DNA of 64,000 bases from Verrucomicrobiota bacterium (GTDB lineage: Bacteria; Verrucomicrobiota; Verrucomicrobiia; Limisphaerales; AAA164-E04), in NCBI GenBank assembly GCA_047947115.1, contig CP170459.1, forward strand, positions 3,616,001 to 3,680,000. The letters run 5' to 3'. The first letter of the stretch is position 1, and the number at the start of each line of letters is the position of its first letter. The notes beneath the pieces were generated by a model. The model was not told where the DNA came from. It saw nothing but the letters and a program-made list of their open reading frames with translations, and searched no databases. Of the stretch, positions 60,470-64,000 are shown piece after piece. The translations under genes and the position numbers were made by a program.

Positions 60470-61393
60470 ATGGACCACACCTTATCACGCCGCAGATTTC
60501 TTGGTGCTTCAGTTGCCGCCCTGGCCACGTCACCCACCTGGTTGCAGGCGCAATCAAAGGAGCCCACCGGGTTTCAATTGGCATGTATGACGTTGCCCTA
60601 TGGTCAGTTTCCTTTAAAGCGAGCTTTACAAGGGATTCGTGCGGCCGGATTTGATTATGTGGCTTGGGGGACGACTCATCGGGAGACGCCGGGAGGTGAC
60701 CGCATTCCAGTGATGCCGACCGATGCCCCGACGCATCGCGCCAAAGCGTTGGGGCAAGAGTGCCGGGACATGGGCCTGACTCCTCTGATGATGTTCAGTA
60801 CGGTTTACCCCGAACACAATGATGGTTTGAAGATCCTGACGCATCGGCTGAAACAGGCGGCTGCGGCCGGTATTCCGCAGGTGCTGACATTTGGGCATAC
60901 CCAGGGAGGAAACCGACCGGTGTGGGTGGCGCGATTCAAACAACTCGGTCCGATTGCAAGAGATCTGGGCGTGACATTGGTTGTCAAGCAACACGGGGGA
61001 GAAACCGGAACCGGAGAAGATTGCGGGGAGATCATCCGTGAGGTGAATGATCCGGGAGTGCGTGTCAATTATGATGCGGGCAATGTCATGGATTACCTCA
61101 ATGTGGATCCGATTCCGGATATCCAAAAATGTGCCGATGTGGTTCACAGTTTCTGCATGAAAGACCACCGCAACTGGCCAGAGGATCGCGACTGCGGACC
61201 CGGGTGGGGGGAGATTGATCATTATCGCTTGTTACATCCGGTGGCATGGACCGGACGAGATATGCCTTTGTGTTGTGAAAACATATTCAAACCCCTGGTG
61301 CCGCGTCCCGAACAGGCGGAAGGCATCGATGATTTGGCCAGGAGTGTTCGGAAATACCTTCAGACTGTTATTGCAGGCTTGAAGACTCTTTAG
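60470..61393 (+). CDS. sugar phosphate isomerase/epimerase (TIM-barrel) family protein, Tat signal
   Basis: SRRRFLG, AGFDYV, KQHGG, NYDAGN, MKD, GWGEID. Confidence 0.85.
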   Translation: MDHTLSRRRFLGASVAALATSPTWLQAQSKEPTGFQLACMTLPYGQFPLKRALQGIRAAGFDYVAWGTTHRETPGGDRIPVMPTDAPTHRAKALGQECRDMGLTPLMMFSTVYPEHNDGLKILTHRLKQAAAAGIPQVLTFGHTQGGNRPVWVARFKQLGPIARDLGVTLVVKQHGGETGTGEDCGEIIREVNDPGVRVNYDAGNVMDYLNVDPIPDIQKCADVVHSFCMKDHRNWPEDRDCGPGWGEIDHYRLLHPVAWTGRDMPLCCENIFKPLVPRPEQAEGIDDLARSVRKYLQTVIAGLKTL

Positions 61394-63411
61394 AGATCAC
61401 TCAGTTGGCGTCGCACCCAATCTTCGTTGAAGGACCGGGCATAGATGCGGTTGCGAACAGAGATGCCTTGATGTTGGATGGAGATGATGCCGGAGAGCCT
61501 TAAAGGGTGTAGGACCGAATCCTGAATGCTTTCCATGGGGACCGGGGTAGCGGTCAATATCTGCTGATATGATTCCATGACTTCTTTGACAGGCGTCCCT
61601 GAAGCCAGCAGCCAGCGGCGGACGAAATTCAGGTTGTCATCTTCTTCCTGGGCTTTTGATGTCAAAAAGAGATTTTCGCACAGCGCGTCCACGTCTTCTT
61701 TTTGTTGCACCGATGTGTCTTCCGCAATACTGCGGCAGAGTCGTTGTGTGAGGTAGGGATGTCCATTGGTCCAGTGAAAGACCCGTTCAAGCAACTGACC
61801 TGCGATATTTGCTTCACGGTTCAATCCATCTGCCAGCGCTTTGATGGCTTCCGGTTCGAAATCGGACAGCTCGATGCGATGAGCAATATTGAAAGGAGTG
61901 GAACGTTCGTCGGAAATCAAGTCATCGGGTTTGGCCACCCCGAGCAGGCAAAAGGTCAATCGGTGGAAGGCTGCATCCTCAGCCCGACGATTGAAACATT
62001 CACGCATGGCTGCGAAGAATTCATCGGTGGCGAACGGCAAGCTTCGTACTGCGTCGACTTCGTCGACAAACAAGACCAGCGCCCCCGAATACTGTTCCAT
62101 GGCGATGTCGCGTAATGCACCGAAAAGACGTTGGACCGGACTCAATCGTTCGTATTTGAACCAATAATCCTCCATTTCATCCTCCAGACGCAACTGTCGT
62201 GCAGCGCGGTTGAGCAGGCCGTCATACCATTGCTCGGGCGTCACATTCTGGCCGACAGCGGTGAGGTCGAGCACGACCACACCGATTCCTTGTTCGCGTA
62301 GTCTGGCGGCGGATCGTACCATGAGCGAGGATTTGCCCATTTGCCGGGAAGTCAGCACATACCAAAGTTCCGATGCCAGCAAATTGGAAACGAGTTCGCG
62401 GTCCGCTTTGCGTTCGACGTAGCTGCGGGCGTCGGCCCGTAATGTGCCTTTGTCATGGAAAAATCCTGTTTCCTTGCGTTGAATTTCCTGAAGCTGCTTT
62501 TTGGCCAGTGCGGATTCGACGCGGGCAAGGAGCAGCGTGGTGTTGCAGGGTTTGGGAAGAAAATCGTCCGCGCCCATCTTGATGCAATGGACCGTGGTGG
62601 AGGTTTCATCCGAGGCGGACAGCATCACTACGGGAATACGGCTGAGCGTTGTATCGGATTTGAGTTTGCTGAGTATTTCAAATCCGTCCATTTCGGGCAT
62701 GATCATGTCCAGGAGCACCAGGTCGACCGATTCCGAACGGAGCATTTCAATGGCCTTTGGGCCGCTCTCCGCTGACAGTGTCTTGCAGCCCTGGCGTGCC
62801 AATCGGCGCTCCATGAGATCTCGGTTCAAGGGGTCGTCATCCACGACCAGAATGGTGGCATTGTTCCATGCGGGTTCGGATACATCGATGGGAGAGGCGG
62901 CCGCCACAGGGACCGACGGCCAGCTGATATCCGGTATTTTCTCATTCTGAAGGATGTCTGAAGCGTCCACGATGAGGTGAGCTTCCAACAGTTCCAGCAA
63001 CGTTTTGGCGGCAGTGATGACACGCTCGAGATCCTTGATCTTGATAGTGTCATCGAACTCTTCAGCTTGTTCGATCAGGATTTCCGCATAGCCGATGATG
63101 TGATTCAGCGGTGTGCGAAACTCATGTTGCACCCTTGGAAGATCCAGCTTGGCGGGGCGTGTTTGCGAGTCGTCGAAATAGTAGCGGACTTGTGTGAGGA
63201 GTTGGCGTCCCGCATTCAGGATCTTTTCCAGATCGGAATCATATTTATCCCAAGCTTCGTCGCAAGACTCTTCCAGCAACATGTCCGAATACCCCAGGAT
63301 GTGGTTGATGGGAGTCTTCAGGTCATGGCGGATTCGGGCCAGACGAGCATTCTTTGTCGATGCTTGCACGTCGGTAAGGGCTGGACACTTGTCATCTGGT
63401 TCTTGGTTCAA
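61390..63411 (-). CDS. HisKA-HisKA-receiver-AAA_35 (STAND-like NTPase) fusion protein
   Basis: RHDLKTPINHILGY and QHEFRTPLNHIIGY H-boxes; receiver VVDDD..LLDMIMP..KP; YVERKAD, SRQMGKSS (Walker A), LFVDEVD (Walker B), TPFNI, WTNGHPYL, RNRIY. Confidence 0.85.
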   Translation of the reverse strand: MNQEPDDKCPALTDVQASTKNARLARIRHDLKTPINHILGYSDMLLEESCDEAWDKYDSDLEKILNAGRQLLTQVRYYFDDSQTRPAKLDLPRVQHEFRTPLNHIIGYAEILIEQAEEFDDTIKIKDLERVITAAKTLLELLEAHLIVDASDILQNEKIPDISWPSVPVAAASPIDVSEPAWNNATILVVDDDPLNRDLMERRLARQGCKTLSAESGPKAIEMLRSESVDLVLLDMIMPEMDGFEILSKLKSDTTLSRIPVVMLSASDETSTTVHCIKMGADDFLPKPCNTTLLLARVESALAKKQLQEIQRKETGFFHDKGTLRADARSYVERKADRELVSNLLASELWYVLTSRQMGKSSLMVRSAARLREQGIGVVVLDLTAVGQNVTPEQWYDGLLNRAARQLRLEDEMEDYWFKYERLSPVQRLFGALRDIAMEQYSGALVLFVDEVDAVRSLPFATDEFFAAMRECFNRRAEDAAFHRLTFCLLGVAKPDDLISDERSTPFNIAHRIELSDFEPEAIKALADGLNREANIAGQLLERVFHWTNGHPYLTQRLCRSIAEDTSVQQKEDVDALCENLFLTSKAQEEDDNLNFVRRWLLASGTPVKEVMESYQQILTATPVPMESIQDSVLHPLRLSGIISIQHQGISVRNRIYARSFNEDWVRRQLSDL

Positions 63412-63426
63412 ACCGTTTAAGAAAGG

Positions 63427-63789
63427 TTAGGAAAGCAAGTTTTGGATCTTTTCAAGCAGGCGTTTCAAATCCACGGGTTTGGTGTCGAAATCACCACAAC
63501 CGGCTTCGCGCGCTTTGGCCTCATCGGATTCCATGGCGTGAGCGGTGAGGGCGATGATGGGAATGTTGCGGGTTCTTTCATCCGCTTTGAGTTGTCGCGT
63601 GGCTTCCCATCCATCAATCTCCGGCAAGCTCATGTCCATGAGGATGAGGTCAGGCTTCTCGTTGGATGCCATGTCAATGCCTTCCTTGCCATCAACAGCA
63701 ATGGCGACCTCGAACTCACGACGCTGAAGCCTTCGACTCAGCATGTCGCGGTTCATTTCATTATCTTCCACCAACAAAATTTTAGGCAT
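63427..63789 (-). CDS. single-domain response regulator (CheY/DivK-like)
   Basis: ILLVEDN, LILMDMSLP, ALTAHAM, TKP. Confidence 0.95.
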   Translation of the reverse strand: MPKILLVEDNEMNRDMLSRRLQRREFEVAIAVDGKEGIDMASNEKPDLILMDMSLPEIDGWEATRQLKADERTRNIPIIALTAHAMESDEAKAREAGCGDFDTKPVDLKRLLEKIQNLLS

Positions 63790-64000
63790 AAAAATTCTCA
63801 GGGTTCATAGCGCCATCAGGCTGCGATCGGCTATTCGGATTGAGCATGCATAAAGTGTTGGAATGGGCGATTTAATTTTTTGTGGAAATGGATCGTACCT
63901 CTCCATTGCCTGAAAAAAGAACTACGAGGGTTTGGCTTTTCGATAATTCTCTGTGAAATACGGGTGAGCTATGGTAGGAAGTGGCTCATCTGAACGAAAT

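Overview
Chromosomal window from a PVC-superphylum bacterium, most likely Verrucomicrobiota (Pedosphaera/Limisphaera-like). This is inferred from the DUF1592/DUF1552 pair, DUF1501, a PVC-type CxxCH protein, several sulfatases and esterases, an alpha2-type GlyRS and a secreted protein ending in FYRV. It holds about 45 protein-coding genes: housekeeping (glyQS, hrpA, leuB, pyrF, HisJ-type PHP, CBS-type ppaC, sufT, cold-shock and RRM proteins), polysaccharide/ester-degrading enzymes, glycosylation genes and signalling proteins. I recognised no rRNA, tRNA, CRISPR array or transposase. The most notable items are: (1) a two-gene radical SAM + DUF116-polyprenyl synthase operon, a candidate uncharacterised isoprenoid/lipid pathway; (2) a HisKA-HisKA-REC-AAA_35 NTPase fusion with no kinase catalytic domain; (3) an orphan, broken MshK/MshL-like secretin pair; (4) a histone H1-like protein fused to an unknown helical domain; (5) non-coding signals, namely GTAG-type inverted repeats, tandem DnaA-box-like 9-mers, a heptamer repeat, and an unannotated hydrolase gene remnant flanked by Pho-box-like inverted motifs. 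All family calls come from motif recognition by eye, not database searches, and start codons are estimates.
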